Of a stretch of 64,000 nucleotides of DNA, positions 1 through 9,515 are shown piece by piece. Below the pieces are notes generated by a model that was not told the DNA's origin, did no database searches, and saw only the letters and a program-made list of their open reading frames with translations. Source of the stretch: Nitrospirota bacterium (GTDB lineage: Bacteria > Nitrospirota > Thermodesulfovibrionia > UBA6902 > DSMQ01); NCBI GenBank assembly GCA_016208965.1, contig JACQXB010000006.1:58262-122261 (forward strand), in the 5' to 3' direction. A program made the translations under genes and the position numbers. Positions within the stretch are counted from its first letter, which is position 1. Every line of letters starts with the position of its first letter.

Positions 1-655
1 CAGCCAAAAGTGTCGCTCCTCCTTCTCCAGAATAAATCCTTTTGTTATTAGAATTAAACTCATGTTTGACATCTACCAAAAGGTTCTCAATGGATAAAAT
101 TTTCCAGTGACGGCACCTATAGATATTTTTTATACCTTTTCCCCCATCAATAAAAATCTCAAGGGAAAGAATAAAGTGGTGCGCGTCATGAATAACTTTA
201 AAATCTTCAGAAGGCGAAAAAAAGAAACTTCTTTGGGTAGAATCAATGTTTTTGATATTATATGTCTTGCACTCTAAATATTGATACTCCCCTTTAAATT
301 GAAAAATAATATCTGGATACCCCATGGATTTCTTTTTCTTCTCTTTTCCTGTTGGTGTAGCTGGTTCTAATCCTTGTTCATTCATAGTGTTTTTTACAAA
401 AGGTTCAATATAATTTCCAACCTCATTAGGTCTATCACTTTCTATTCCGTTTGTACTAATCCTTTTAGCACTTTCCACTGCAACAAGTTTTAGTTTTTCG
501 AGTAGCTCTTTATCATACGGAACTGATAAATCAAATGGAATTACCTTGCAACCAGAGAGACTTTCGATAACTAAATTAAAAGGAATGTCCTTCAATGGTG
601 TGAGCATCTGCTTGATAACATTTCCTAATCTAACGACGTAATCTTTATCAGCCAT
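1..655 (-). CDS. Putative type II restriction endonuclease, PD-(D/E)xK-like (partial; gene runs off window start)
   Basis: Minus-strand ATG at 655 directly abuts the stop of the upstream MTase (656-658). Translation MADKDYVVRLGNVIKQ...GYPDIIFQF...EYQYLECKT carries a PD...ExK-like signature. No stop before position 1. Confidence 0.5.
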   Translation of the reverse strand, partial: MADKDYVVRLGNVIKQMLTPLKDIPFNLVIESLSGCKVIPFDLSVPYDKELLEKLKLVAVESAKRISTNGIESDRPNEVGNYIEPFVKNTMNEQGLEPATPTGKEKKKKSMGYPDIIFQFKGEYQYLECKTYNIKNIDSTQRSFFFSPSEDFKVIHDAHHFILSLEIFIDGGKGIKNIYRCRHWKILSIENLLVDVKHEFNSNNKRIYSGEGGATLLA

Positions 656-1945
656 TTATTTTACCTTTCTGAAGATAAGGATATTCTCTTTTTTCATTAC
701 ATTATAAAGCCCAAAAATAAGTTTCAAAATATTTCTCTCCAACTTAAAACCAAGCCCTGTCATATAATCAACAGTAAATTCTACCGTCTTTACTTCTTGC
801 CCCTGATAAGTGGCATTACCTATAACAATAACAGCATATTTATTAGGTTTTAAAATCCTATACATTTCGCTATAAGACTTCTTCATGTCGTTGTTATATA
901 ATTCAACTCGTTCTCTTCCTTTTCCACGCACACCGATAAAATCTTCTCTAATTTCATTCAATTTATAACCCATGTCCTCTAATGAGTGAGCATCATTTTC
1001 TATATAATCAAGGGCAATAGAATATGGCGGAGAGGTTATAATTCCATCAATAGAATTATCAGGTAGTTCAGTATTTCTTGAGTCTCCTTCTTTAAGGTTA
1101 ACATTCCCTAATTTTAAATGTAATGTTTCAGTGATTTCTTTATAGTCTTTTACCGAATCTATCATCAGATTCAAATTCTTGATAAATGACTGTTCAAAAG
1201 AACGTCCACGTCTTGATTCATCACTAACTGCCAATAGTCTTGTAAGAGCATAAAAATCTCGTGTATTATTATCTTTAATACCTTCCAAAACTTTGTAAAA
1301 ATCCTGTTCTTGATTGAAGAGAGATGGTTTGATTTTAGATATTAGAACATTTTTTGATTTTGTAATTTCATCTATTGCATAGACAGAGTTTGTTTTTACT
1401 TTACCTTGCAATACACATAAAGGAGAAATATCAATTCCTATAAAATTTATCCCTAATAGCTGTGCTTCCAACGCAGTTGTTCCACTTCCAGAAAATGGTT
1501 CAAATACGGTATCGCCTTCTTTTAGCCCGATGATATTTAGTAATGCTCTAATCATCTGAGGATGGAATTTGCCCTTATACGGATAAACCCAGTGAGTTAA
1601 ATATTGATTTACAGACCGTGTTCTGTTTTTTTGGATGATTTGAAAATAGTCAGTAAAATTTTTCCCAACAGACTTAAGGTAAGATGATTTTTTTATTATT
1701 TTTTCATTTAGCTCATTTGATTTATTATTTAATTTAAATTCTCTCAGTCCATTGGTAACTTCATAATCAGCCCCGAAAGCCCTCAATTCCAATTCTGCCA
1801 ATGACAGCTCATAAATAAACTGAACATTGTCTAACAAAGTTAAGTCAGCGTCTTTTGAATAACTAAAATCATAAGCCCAAAACTGACTTGCATCTTCAGC
1901 TCTTTCTAACATTATTTCACCCTTACGATTTGCAATAGTTGTCAA
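656..1945 (-). CDS. DNA amino-methyltransferase (N6A/N4C class) of an R-M pair
   Basis: 429 aa. Motif I FEPFSGSGTT precedes motif IV ITSPPYS. Tightly coupled to the downstream nuclease ORF. Confidence 0.85.
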   Translation of the reverse strand: MTTIANRKGEIMLERAEDASQFWAYDFSYSKDADLTLLDNVQFIYELSLAELELRAFGADYEVTNGLREFKLNNKSNELNEKIIKKSSYLKSVGKNFTDYFQIIQKNRTRSVNQYLTHWVYPYKGKFHPQMIRALLNIIGLKEGDTVFEPFSGSGTTALEAQLLGINFIGIDISPLCVLQGKVKTNSVYAIDEITKSKNVLISKIKPSLFNQEQDFYKVLEGIKDNNTRDFYALTRLLAVSDESRRGRSFEQSFIKNLNLMIDSVKDYKEITETLHLKLGNVNLKEGDSRNTELPDNSIDGIITSPPYSIALDYIENDAHSLEDMGYKLNEIREDFIGVRGKGRERVELYNNDMKKSYSEMYRILKPNKYAVIVIGNATYQGQEVKTVEFTVDYMTGLGFKLERNILKLIFGLYNVMKKENILIFRKVK

Positions 1946-1948
1946 TTA

Positions 1949-2200
1949 TTACCTCCCTCTTGCAAGCCCCTCAATTAGATAAGGCGGCAGTCCTGCCTCC
2001 CGCATCTTCTTTTGTATAGATACTATATCATAAGGTACCCTCTTTATTTCTATGGAATTTTGGGTGAGTATTGCGTATGAAGCATCAGGGTTATGGTCGC
2101 GGGGCTGTCCAACACTACCTACATTTGCTATATACCTGCATCTATCTTTAATATCGGCATAATCTTTGTAAACCGTTATCTTACCATCTGAACTCAGCAA
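1949..2200 (-). pseudogene. Orphan duplicated 3' fragment of the metallophosphoesterase gene
   Basis: The 83-aa ORF is ~85% identical to the C-terminus of ORF 6221..7039. DNA 1950-2076 is near-identical to 6221-6347, then diverges. Confidence 0.7.
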
Positions 2201-2261
2201 GCGTCTCCAGATAGCGTTTATCCTGTTCTAATGTCTTTTTCTGATATTCTTTTAGTTCCAT
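2181..2261 (-). pseudogene. Truncated helicase-like gene start (MELKEYQKKTLEQDKRY...), 26-aa remnant
   Basis: Minus-strand ATG at 2261. The same 5' sequence recurs at 3481-3582. The ORF runs into the phosphoesterase fragment and stops. Confidence 0.3.
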
Positions 2262-2293
2262 TTTTTATCTCAGCCAATTTCTGTGAACTGTGT

Positions 2294-3328
2294 TCAATTC
2301 TTTGCTTCCAGCATTAACTGCGCTCTTTGAATTGCTTTGTGTAATTTTTCAGCAAATAGTTCCTTTGGTGGTAATTTGGTTAAATATCCTGCTACTTTTA
2401 TTCTGTCTTCTGGCAAAAATAGTAACTCAATATGCTCCTTGCCTTTTTCTGCACAGAGGATTAGCCCTACAGGCGGGTTTTCACCTGCAAGCATTTCGTA
2501 TTTTTCTATGTATCTTAAATAAAGCTCCATCTGTCCTTTGTATTCTGCTTTGAATTTACCAAGTTTCAGGTCAATTACAACAAAACACTTCAATCTCCTA
2601 TGATAAAAAAGCAAATCAATGTAGTAGTCCTCGTTATCAATGGTAATTCTTTTCTGTCTTGCTACAAAGTAGAAATCTTTGCCTAACTCAATAATAAATT
2701 TTTCCAAAGCATTTAATATTGCCTTTTCCAAATCCTTCTCACTATAAGTATCACTGAGTTCTAAAAAGTCAAGGACATAAGGATCCCTAAAGACTAATTC
2801 AGGAGTTATCTTATCTTCTTCTTTCAATTCTTTTAATTGCTTTTCAATTGTCTTTTCCGGTAATTTTGAGAGGGCTGTTCTTTCATAGAGCATGCTATTT
2901 ATCCTATCTTGTAAAGTGCGGACGCTCTAGCGTTCCTTCTGGCAGAGAGTGGAGTAAAACCGGTGTTTCAAATCATCTTTGATAGGTAAAAGTATCCTTA
3001 TGTGTGTCCAACTCAACCCTTTGAATTCTCCACGCAGTGCGTGGAGAATTGGATAAGTTTCATAAAACTGGATCATAAACCATAAGTTTCGTGCAGAGAA
3101 AGATTTGCCATATTGGGCGATTAATAGTGAACTCAGTGAGTTCACTATCTTTTCACCATATTCAGCCCTGTCTGATTTTATTATTTCCTCTTTTATAGTT
3201 TTTCCAATATTCCAGTAAAGGATTACCATCTCCTGATTGATAGTAGCAGCAACCTTTTTTCTTGCCTGTTCAATTAAAACGGAGATTTTATCAAAAAGAC
3301 CTTTACTTTTCACAATTTTGCTCATCAA
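2294..3328 (-). pseudogene. DUF1016/YhcG-family PD-(D/E)xK nuclease with a single in-frame TAG (2927-2929)
   Basis: ORFs 2927..3328 (YhcG N-domain: ILYWNIGK, LSWTHIRILL, FYSTL) and 2294..2893 (nuclease core: IDLLFYH...VVIDLK) are in the same frame. The intervening codons read SVRTLQDRINS, so the stop sits where the family normally has Trp. Confidence 0.7.
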
Positions 3329-3444
3329 TCAATCCTTTGCCGATAAATCGGCACATTAGCAAAAGCACAAATAGCCTTGAGATATTCACCCCGCCAGTTG
3401 GATTTGAATTCAACATTTTGCGATTCAACTGATTTTAAAGCCAT
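3325..3444 (-). pseudogene. AlbA_2/Schlafen-like N-terminal fragment (39 aa)
   Basis: Minus-strand translation MALKSVESQNVEFKSNWRGEYLKAICAFANVPIYRQRID carries an EFK...ICAFAN signature. It ends in ATGA overlapping the DUF1016 start. Confidence 0.3.
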
Positions 3445-3480
3445 ATTTCCTTTCTCTCCCCTCGTCATGTAATCTTTGCC

Positions 3481-3582
3481 TCAATATCCAAACCGTGAGT
3501 TCAGGATTTGATCAACGGCAAGACAATCGAGATAAACCTTGACCTGTTCCAATGTCTTTTTCTGATATTCTTTAAGTTCCAT
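3481..3582 (-). pseudogene. Second truncated helicase-like gene start (MELKEYQKKTLEQVKVYLDCL...)
   Basis: 33-aa remnant. First ~40 nt duplicate those at 2225-2261. Confidence 0.3.
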
Positions 3583-3642
3583 TATTGTTCCTTAATGAAT
3601 TTCAATCCCTGTTCTTTAAAAAACTCAAAAAGGTCAATGTAT

Positions 3643-4071
3643 TTAATCTGGTATTTTAGTTTTATTGGGGTCGTCTTTTTCCTGAGTAATAATAGTAGTT
3701 CCTTTTGCTTGAGCCAAAGCAATTAAAAATGGGTCGGCGTCAGGTTCACCCGTTTGTAATTTCTTCTTATCGGGCAAATCAGGAAAATCCTTTATAATGT
3801 CTTTTGCAAATTGAAATATTTCAGGATTAGTTGAAATAAAAAAGCGTTTTTTATGCGCCACAGCCCATTTTTTTAACCTGTCATCTTTACCCAAGTATCT
3901 CATTATTTCCTCATACACAACATTTGTTGAGAACATATTTTTCTGCTTAATAAGAACTCCTATTTCATCCCAGATAGCCTTAAAGGTAGGATTATTCTGA
4001 GGATAAAAATTTATCAAGGTTATCAAAACATTTGTGTCAACGACGTATTTATCCCCAAAAGGCAATTCCAT
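3643..4071 (-). CDS. DUF4411-family (PIN-like) protein
   Basis: 142 aa, begins YVVDTNVLI. Sits 3 bp downstream of the HTH-ImmA gene, giving a two-gene module. Confidence 0.6.
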   Translation of the reverse strand: MELPFGDKYVVDTNVLITLINFYPQNNPTFKAIWDEIGVLIKQKNMFSTNVVYEEIMRYLGKDDRLKKWAVAHKKRFFISTNPEIFQFAKDIIKDFPDLPDKKKLQTGEPDADPFLIALAQAKGTTIITQEKDDPNKTKIPD

Positions 4072-4074
4072 AAC

Positions 4075-5217
4075 TTATATCGCTTCTTTAACTTTTGATA
4101 TTTTATCTAACGTTACCCCGAGATAATCAGCGGCACTTATATTATCAATCTTATTCTGTTCATAAGCTCCGAAGACCATAGAAACATATTTTTTACCTCT
4201 TTCCTGTATGCAAATCTTGATTTCATTTTTTTTGCCTCTTCCGCCGAAAGGCTCTTTATATTTACTCTTCCATTCTTCATGTTTACTGTGATAATATTCC
4301 TTCGTAGTTAAACCCAAAATTAATAATCTTCTTAATATGACCTCGGGGCTAACCTTGAAATCTTGTGCAATATCTTTTAGAATGTGGTCAGGCCATTCTT
4401 TCAGTTTCTCATTTGCTTTAACAATAGGATGATTTAATAATTTATCTTTCGGGGCTAAAAATGCTCCTGCAAAACGGTTACAAAATCTTTCTATATTTTG
4501 TGTCTCGTCTTCTTTCAAATCACAGATACCACCTTCTCTTAAAAGCAAATGAGCAAATTCATGGAAAAGTGTAAAAATCTTTGCAGATGGCTCATCAGAC
4601 CTTTTTAGAATAACAACCGGAACATCTTCATCAACTAAAGAAAGCCCTCTTATTTCCTTGTTTTGTGTAATGCTAATCTGAAAAACTAATATCCCGTTTT
4701 TTTCTAATATTTTTATCCACTCCTCTAAAGCGGTGTCTGTAGTAAATGAAACAGGGAACCCCTTAACACCTAATTGTCCTCTAATCTTTTCTGCAAGTTC
4801 TTCCGGATTATCCGATAAACTTGCCCTTAATGATAGTTTCTGAATTGGCTCGTCCAATTCTTTCATTAACTCAATAGTAGAATATTGAAAACGCCTTGCC
4901 TTTCTGATAGCCAAATGTGTTTTAGGATGAAGTGGCTTCTTTTTTTCGGAAGGAAGTGTCCGGTAATCAGTAGGAAAAGACGGTTCTTTTGGTGGGGTGG
5001 GTAATAAGAATGCTGTTATGGGTCTCTTGTAAATAAAGGCTAACCTTTCAAGTTGTGAAAAGGTGGGGTTTGCTTTACCTTTCTCCCAATTCTCTATAGT
5101 AGTTGTTGTTATTTTCTTTATTTCCTTAACAACATCCTTTGGCTCCATTCCAATACTTTCCCGTGCCCATATAAGAACTTCTGGTTCTATTGAAACGGCA
5201 AATGATTTATCAGGCAT
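4075..5217 (-). CDS. XRE-type HTH fused to ImmA/IrrE-family zinc metallopeptidase
   Basis: 380 aa. N-terminal HTH region, then HEFAHLLL HExxH motif followed by GICD. Confidence 0.75.
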   Translation of the reverse strand: MPDKSFAVSIEPEVLIWARESIGMEPKDVVKEIKKITTTTIENWEKGKANPTFSQLERLAFIYKRPITAFLLPTPPKEPSFPTDYRTLPSEKKKPLHPKTHLAIRKARRFQYSTIELMKELDEPIQKLSLRASLSDNPEELAEKIRGQLGVKGFPVSFTTDTALEEWIKILEKNGILVFQISITQNKEIRGLSLVDEDVPVVILKRSDEPSAKIFTLFHEFAHLLLREGGICDLKEDETQNIERFCNRFAGAFLAPKDKLLNHPIVKANEKLKEWPDHILKDIAQDFKVSPEVILRRLLILGLTTKEYYHSKHEEWKSKYKEPFGGRGKKNEIKICIQERGKKYVSMVFGAYEQNKIDNISAADYLGVTLDKISKVKEAI

Positions 5218-5234
5218 TTTATTCCTCCCATTTA

Positions 5235-6101
5235 TTATTCCTTCAGCCTATATATCTCAAACGGCAATTGGCAATAATCAATTCGGTATTCTAAAAGATA
5301 ATCGGTATCGAGATATTTGCTCGGGGCAAAGACAAGGCGCTTTTTGCCTTTGTACGGACCTAAGCTTTTTGCTACGTCAAGTGTGAGTGCGGTTGATTTT
5401 AGATAGTCAATATCAGGCTTGTAGAAAAGATATACTTCATATTCCTTTGATTCGCCAATGAAGTTTTTCTTTTCATTAACTTTTTTAGGATTAAATTCCT
5501 CTCCGGTTGCAGTATAAAAAATATAGCGCGCAAGCTCCATGTAATCACGAAGCTTTTTCCCTTCCAAAATGCTTTCCATCTCAATCGGCTCGCCAAGTTC
5601 AAAATAACTGAAAGTGCCGCCTAATCCTTCAAATCCCCCCTTGCCCCCCTTTTCTAAAGGGGGGATATTTTTAAGTCCCCCTTTGACAAAGGGGGATTGA
5701 GGGGGATTTTTCTTAATCCCCTTTATAACCCGCCTTACCCTTTCAGCAGTAATCTTATCCGCATAATCTTCGCATTCAACAAGAATAAACTTACGATTTC
5801 CGCTGTCTTCTTTATTTAAATCCAAAACTGCATGGGCAGTTGTGCCTGAACCGGCGAAGGAGTAGAGAACAATGGAGTCATTATCCGCAGATAACTTAAG
5901 TATTCTTTTTATCAGAGATGTAGGCTTTGGATTTTCAAATGGTAAATCAACTTCTGAAAAAATCTCTTTCAATCCTCTTCTTGCTTCACTATTACTACCA
6001 ACTTCATTAGCAAACCAAATAGTTAATGGTGTAATTCCTTGTTTAACCTCCAGATGATGATTCTGGACAAAACTTTTACCTTTAAAACTTAAAGTCGCCA
6101 T
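5235..6101 (-). pseudogene. C-terminal portion of a type III (Mod-like) DNA methyltransferase, 5' part missing
   Basis: NPKPTSLIKRIL...VLYSFAGSGTTAHAV gives motif X/I of a beta-class MTase. No DPPY or TRD part upstream. Two C6/G6 palindromic repeats are inserted in-frame. Confidence 0.55.
5631..5710. repeat. C6/G6 palindromic element, two tandem/overlapping copies, inside CDS
   Basis: aaatcccccc ttgcccccct tttctaaagg ggggatattt ... ctttgacaaagggggattgagggggatttt. Confidence 0.8.
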
Positions 6102-6220
6102 TTTAAATCAACCCTCCTTTTTCAAACACCTTTCGATGTTTGCTTGCAGGTATGGGAGTTATTTTGGGCATATTACGATACAGTTACCAATTCAATTGCA
6201 ACAAGCTTTTCATTAAACCC

Positions 6221-7039
6221 TTACCTCCCTCTTGCAAGCCTCTCAATTAGATAAGGCGGCAGTCCTGCCTCCCGCATCTTCTTTTGTATAGATACTATAT
6301 CATAAGGTACCCTCTTTACTTCTATGGAATTTTGGGTTAGCAGGGCGTAGGCTGCCTCTGAATTGCCGTCCCTTGGCTGGCCAACGCTGCCAACATTGAC
6401 TATATATCTGCAACCCTCTTTAATATCAGCGTAATCCTTATAAACAGAAATATCACCTTCAGGATTCATTTCTGCTATAAAGGGATAGTGACTATGCCCT
6501 ACAAAGCATATTCTTTCAGTAAAGAATTGAAAGTTTATATATGCATCCCATGTGTTCAGGATATAGTGCCATTGCTCAGGCTCTTTTGGTGTTGAATGGA
6601 CAAGATAGACATCCCCAAATCCCCCCTGCCCCCCTTTGCTAAAGGGGGGTAAGGGGGGATTTTCTTTATTGCCCTTTGTATCTCCTTGTGACACAAATGT
6701 TTCATCTGTAATTTTCAAGCTCTTGAAAATTGGAAGGCTCCTAAGAAACTCCTTATTTCTATCACTCAGAATCTCTGTTGTCCACTCTATTACCTCTTTG
6801 GCATAGGGATTAAAATACTCAATATCGGTTATGCCAATAACTGCATGGTCATGATTGCCAGCGAGGAATATTTGTGTTTCTTTTCTTAGGATTTTTATAC
6901 ATTCGTTTGGGTTAGGACCATACCCGACGATATCCCCTAAAAACCATACTGCATCAGGATTTTCTTTTTTTATTGTAATAAGGACAGACTGTAAGGCTTC
7001 AAGGTTGGCATGGACATCAGAGATAATGGCATAACGCAT
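6221..7039 (-). CDS. Calcineurin-like metallophosphoesterase (YfcE-like)
   Basis: DVHAN, GDIVGYGP and GNHD motifs. Carries an in-frame C6/G6 palindrome translated NPPLPPFSKGGQGGFG. Confidence 0.8.
   Translation of the reverse strand: MRYAIISDVHANLEALQSVLITIKKENPDAVWFLGDIVGYGPNPNECIKILRKETQIFLAGNHDHAVIGITDIEYFNPYAKEVIEWTTEILSDRNKEFLRSLPIFKSLKITDETFVSQGDTKGNKENPPLPPFSKGGQGGFGDVYLVHSTPKEPEQWHYILNTWDAYINFQFFTERICFVGHSHYPFIAEMNPEGDISVYKDYADIKEGCRYIVNVGSVGQPRDGNSEAAYALLTQNSIEVKRVPYDIVSIQKKMREAGLPPYLIERLARGR
6617..6663. repeat. C6/G6 palindromic element inside the phosphoesterase CDS
   Basis: aaatcccccctgcccccctttgctaaaggggggtaaggggggattt. Confidence 0.85.
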
Positions 7040-7078
7040 TCGCTAAATTAAAAAATTAAAATGCAAAATGTATCCCGA

Positions 7079-7504
7079 CTATTCGGGATGATTTTTGGTT
7101 TTTGGTTTTTGAATTTTATCAAGGATACCGTTTATAAATGTGTATGAATCTTCTGTTCCGTATTTCTTTGCTATCTCAATTGCCTCATTAATTGTGACTG
7201 ATGAAGGTATCGTGTCCTGATAAAGCAGTTCATAGGTAGCGGCTCTAAGGATATTTCTATCAATGACAGCCATCCTGTCTATACTCCAGCGCTCTGCTAC
7301 CTGTTTTATAACACTGTCTATTTTTTCTATATGCTCAACAGTCCCTTCAACAATGGTGCTTGCAAATTTTCTTACATCATCATCTTCTTTAATCCCATTC
7401 CAGAAATCTTTATATAAAGAGGCAGGAATTACTTTCATGGAGTTTGTAAGGTCAAGCTGAAACAGCATCTGAAGGGCATATTCTCTGGCTCTACGGCGCT
7501 TCAT
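7079..7504 (-). CDS. nusB: Transcription antitermination factor NusB
   Basis: MKRRRAREYALQMLFQLD... The longer ORF N-terminus is read-through of the 7-mer tandem repeat at 7503-7552, so the start is set at the internal Met. Confidence 0.85.
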   Translation of the reverse strand: MKRRRAREYALQMLFQLDLTNSMKVIPASLYKDFWNGIKEDDDVRKFASTIVEGTVEHIEKIDSVIKQVAERWSIDRMAVIDRNILRAATYELLYQDTIPSSVTINEAIEIAKKYGTEDSYTFINGILDKIQKPKTKNHPE

Positions 7505-7552
7505 AGGGCAGTGACGAGTGACGAGCAACAAGTGACAAGTAACAAGTAACAG
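7503..7552. repeat. Heptanucleotide tandem repeat (gtgacga/gtgacaa/gtaacaa)
   Basis: Seven consecutive 7-mers read directly. Confidence 0.8.
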
Positions 7553-7634
7553 CAAAATGCAAAATTCGGGATGCGCATCGCAGAATTAAAATCCGGGATC
7601 TGAAATCTGAAATCAGAAATTGAGAACTCGTTAC

Positions 7635-8096
7635 TCATAACTTCTTTAAGAGTTGCGCCATTTCTATGGCTACCATTGCAGCATCAGCCCCTTTATTACC
7701 GCTTTTTGTTCCTGCCCTTTCTATTGCCTGCTCAATGGTATCAGCGGTAATTACACCAAATGCCATTGGTATGCCTGTCTCCATTGAGGCAGACGCAATC
7801 CCTTTGGCTGTTTCTGAGGCAACATATTCAAAATGAGGTGTGGCTCCTCTGATTATAGTTCCAAGACATATAATGGCATCGTAGGTATTTTTTGAGGTGA
7901 TTTTCTTTGCAATAAGTGGTATTTCAAATGACCCGGGTACCTTTATCACATCTATATTTTTTTCATCTGCCCCATGCCTCAAGAGCACATCCATTGCCCC
8001 GTCCAGTAATTTGCTTGTAATAAAATCATTAAACCTGCTTACTATTATCCCGAATCTTAAGCCCTTTGCCTGAAGCTCTCCTTCATATGTTTTCAT
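7635..8096 (-). CDS. ribH: 6,7-dimethyl-8-ribityllumazine synthase
   Basis: Typical RibH sequence [14 protein letters not shown]. Confidence 0.9.
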   Translation of the reverse strand: MKTYEGELQAKGLRFGIIVSRFNDFITSKLLDGAMDVLLRHGADEKNIDVIKVPGSFEIPLIAKKITSKNTYDAIICLGTIIRGATPHFEYVASETAKGIASASMETGIPMAFGVITADTIEQAIERAGTKSGNKGADAAMVAIEMAQLLKKL

Positions 8097-8151
8097 AATC
8101 CCTCCCTCTTTTTAAGCTGATAGCTGATAGCTCATGGCTCATAGCTCATGA

Positions 8152-9366
8152 TTACACTTCTTCAAGCATATGTCCAAGTTTTTCCTTTTTCGTCTTAAGA
8201 TATTTAAGATTTTTTTCATGGGGCATTATCTCTATGGGCACTCTTTCCACAACGCTCAGCCCGTATCCTTCAAGGCCAATAATTTTTTTTGGGTTATTTG
8301 TCATCAAACGCATCTTTTTTACCCCGAGATTTACGAGTATCTGCGCGCCTATGCCGTAATCCCTTAAGTCTGGCTTGAACCCGAGCTTTAGATTTGCCTC
8401 AACTGTATCAAATCCACTATCCTGAAGCTCGTATGCCTTTAGCTTATTTGTAAGGCCTATGCCCCTGCCTTCCTGCCTCATATACAAAAGCACTCCCTTG
8501 CCTTTTTTTCTAATGATATCCATTGCCTTATGAAGCTGTTCTCCACAGTCGCATCTCTTAGAGCCAAATACATCTCCTGTAAGGCACTCAGAATGAACCC
8601 TTACAAGCACCCTGTCATCAGGTTTAATATCACCTTTAACAAATGCTATATGCACAGTGCTGTCAAGAAGATTACCAAAGGCAATCGCGGTAAAATCACC
8701 GCCATACGCGGTGAATATTTTTGTGGTAGCAAGTCGTGTTACAAAAGATTCATTGCGCATCCTGTATTTAATAAGGTCTTTAATGGTAATGATTTTTAGA
8801 TTATGTTTTTTGCAGAATTTCATAAGCTGGGGCACCCTTGCCATTGTGCCATCGTCATTCATTATCTCGCATATAACACCTGCAGGCTCAAGCCCTGCGA
8901 GTCTTGCGAGGTCAACAGAGCCCTCTGTCTGCCCAGCGCGTTTAAGAATCCCTCCTGGTTGTGACCTCAGAGGAAATACATGCCCAGGTCTTACCAGATC
9001 ATCCGGCTTTGTTTTGAGATTTATGGCAGTTAGTATTGTTTTTGCCCTGTCATGGGCAGAGATGCCTGTTGTTACACCCTTTTTTGCCTCAATTGAAACT
9101 GTGAAGGCTGTCCCAAAACGAGAAGTGTTGTTTTCTGCCATCATTGGGAGTTTGAGTGCTTCAACACGTTTAGGGGTGAGGGATAAGCATATAAGACCCC
9201 TACCATGTTTCGCCATAAAATTTATAGCCTCAGGAGTTACTTTCTCGGCAGACATTGTAAGGTCGCCCTCGTTTTCCCTGTCCTCATCATCAACAAGGAC
9301 TACCATCTTGCCATTTTTGATATCCTTTATGACTTCTTCAATTGTATTGAATTTGTATTTATCCAT
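8152..9366 (-). CDS. ribBA: Bifunctional 3,4-dihydroxy-2-butanone-4-phosphate synthase / GTP cyclohydrolase II
   Basis: 404 aa. RibB N-half (RENEGDL) and RibA C-half (CxCGEQL). Confidence 0.9.
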   Translation of the reverse strand: MDKYKFNTIEEVIKDIKNGKMVVLVDDEDRENEGDLTMSAEKVTPEAINFMAKHGRGLICLSLTPKRVEALKLPMMAENNTSRFGTAFTVSIEAKKGVTTGISAHDRAKTILTAINLKTKPDDLVRPGHVFPLRSQPGGILKRAGQTEGSVDLARLAGLEPAGVICEIMNDDGTMARVPQLMKFCKKHNLKIITIKDLIKYRMRNESFVTRLATTKIFTAYGGDFTAIAFGNLLDSTVHIAFVKGDIKPDDRVLVRVHSECLTGDVFGSKRCDCGEQLHKAMDIIRKKGKGVLLYMRQEGRGIGLTNKLKAYELQDSGFDTVEANLKLGFKPDLRDYGIGAQILVNLGVKKMRLMTNNPKKIIGLEGYGLSVVERVPIEIMPHEKNLKYLKTKKEKLGHMLEEV

Positions 9367-9369
9367 AAT

Positions 9370-9515
9370 TAAATTAAATCCAAAATCCTAAATTCTAATT
9401 TCTAAACAATATCAAAATTCTAATCTTAAAATGACTAAAACTTGTTTTGAATTTTGGATTTTTGCAATTTGATATTGTTTGGGATTTAGAATTTTGAGTT
9501 TAGGATTTTATGTAG
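9370..9515. repeat. AT-rich long imperfect inverted repeat in the ribE-ribBA spacer
   Basis: aaatccaaaatcctaaattctaatttctaaacaatatcaaa pairs with ttgatattgtttgggatttagaattttgagtttaggattt. Confidence 0.6.

Noticed and set aside
7505-7555. N-terminal extension of nusB (MLLLVTCHLLLVTRHCP)
   Set aside because: It is translation of the 7-mer tandem repeat. NusB homology starts at the internal Met at 7504.
8657-9391. 244-aa ORF antisense to ribBA
   Set aside because: It lies entirely inside the well-supported ribBA gene on the other strand. Its composition is low-complexity and Ser/Pro-rich, as expected for an antisense artefact.
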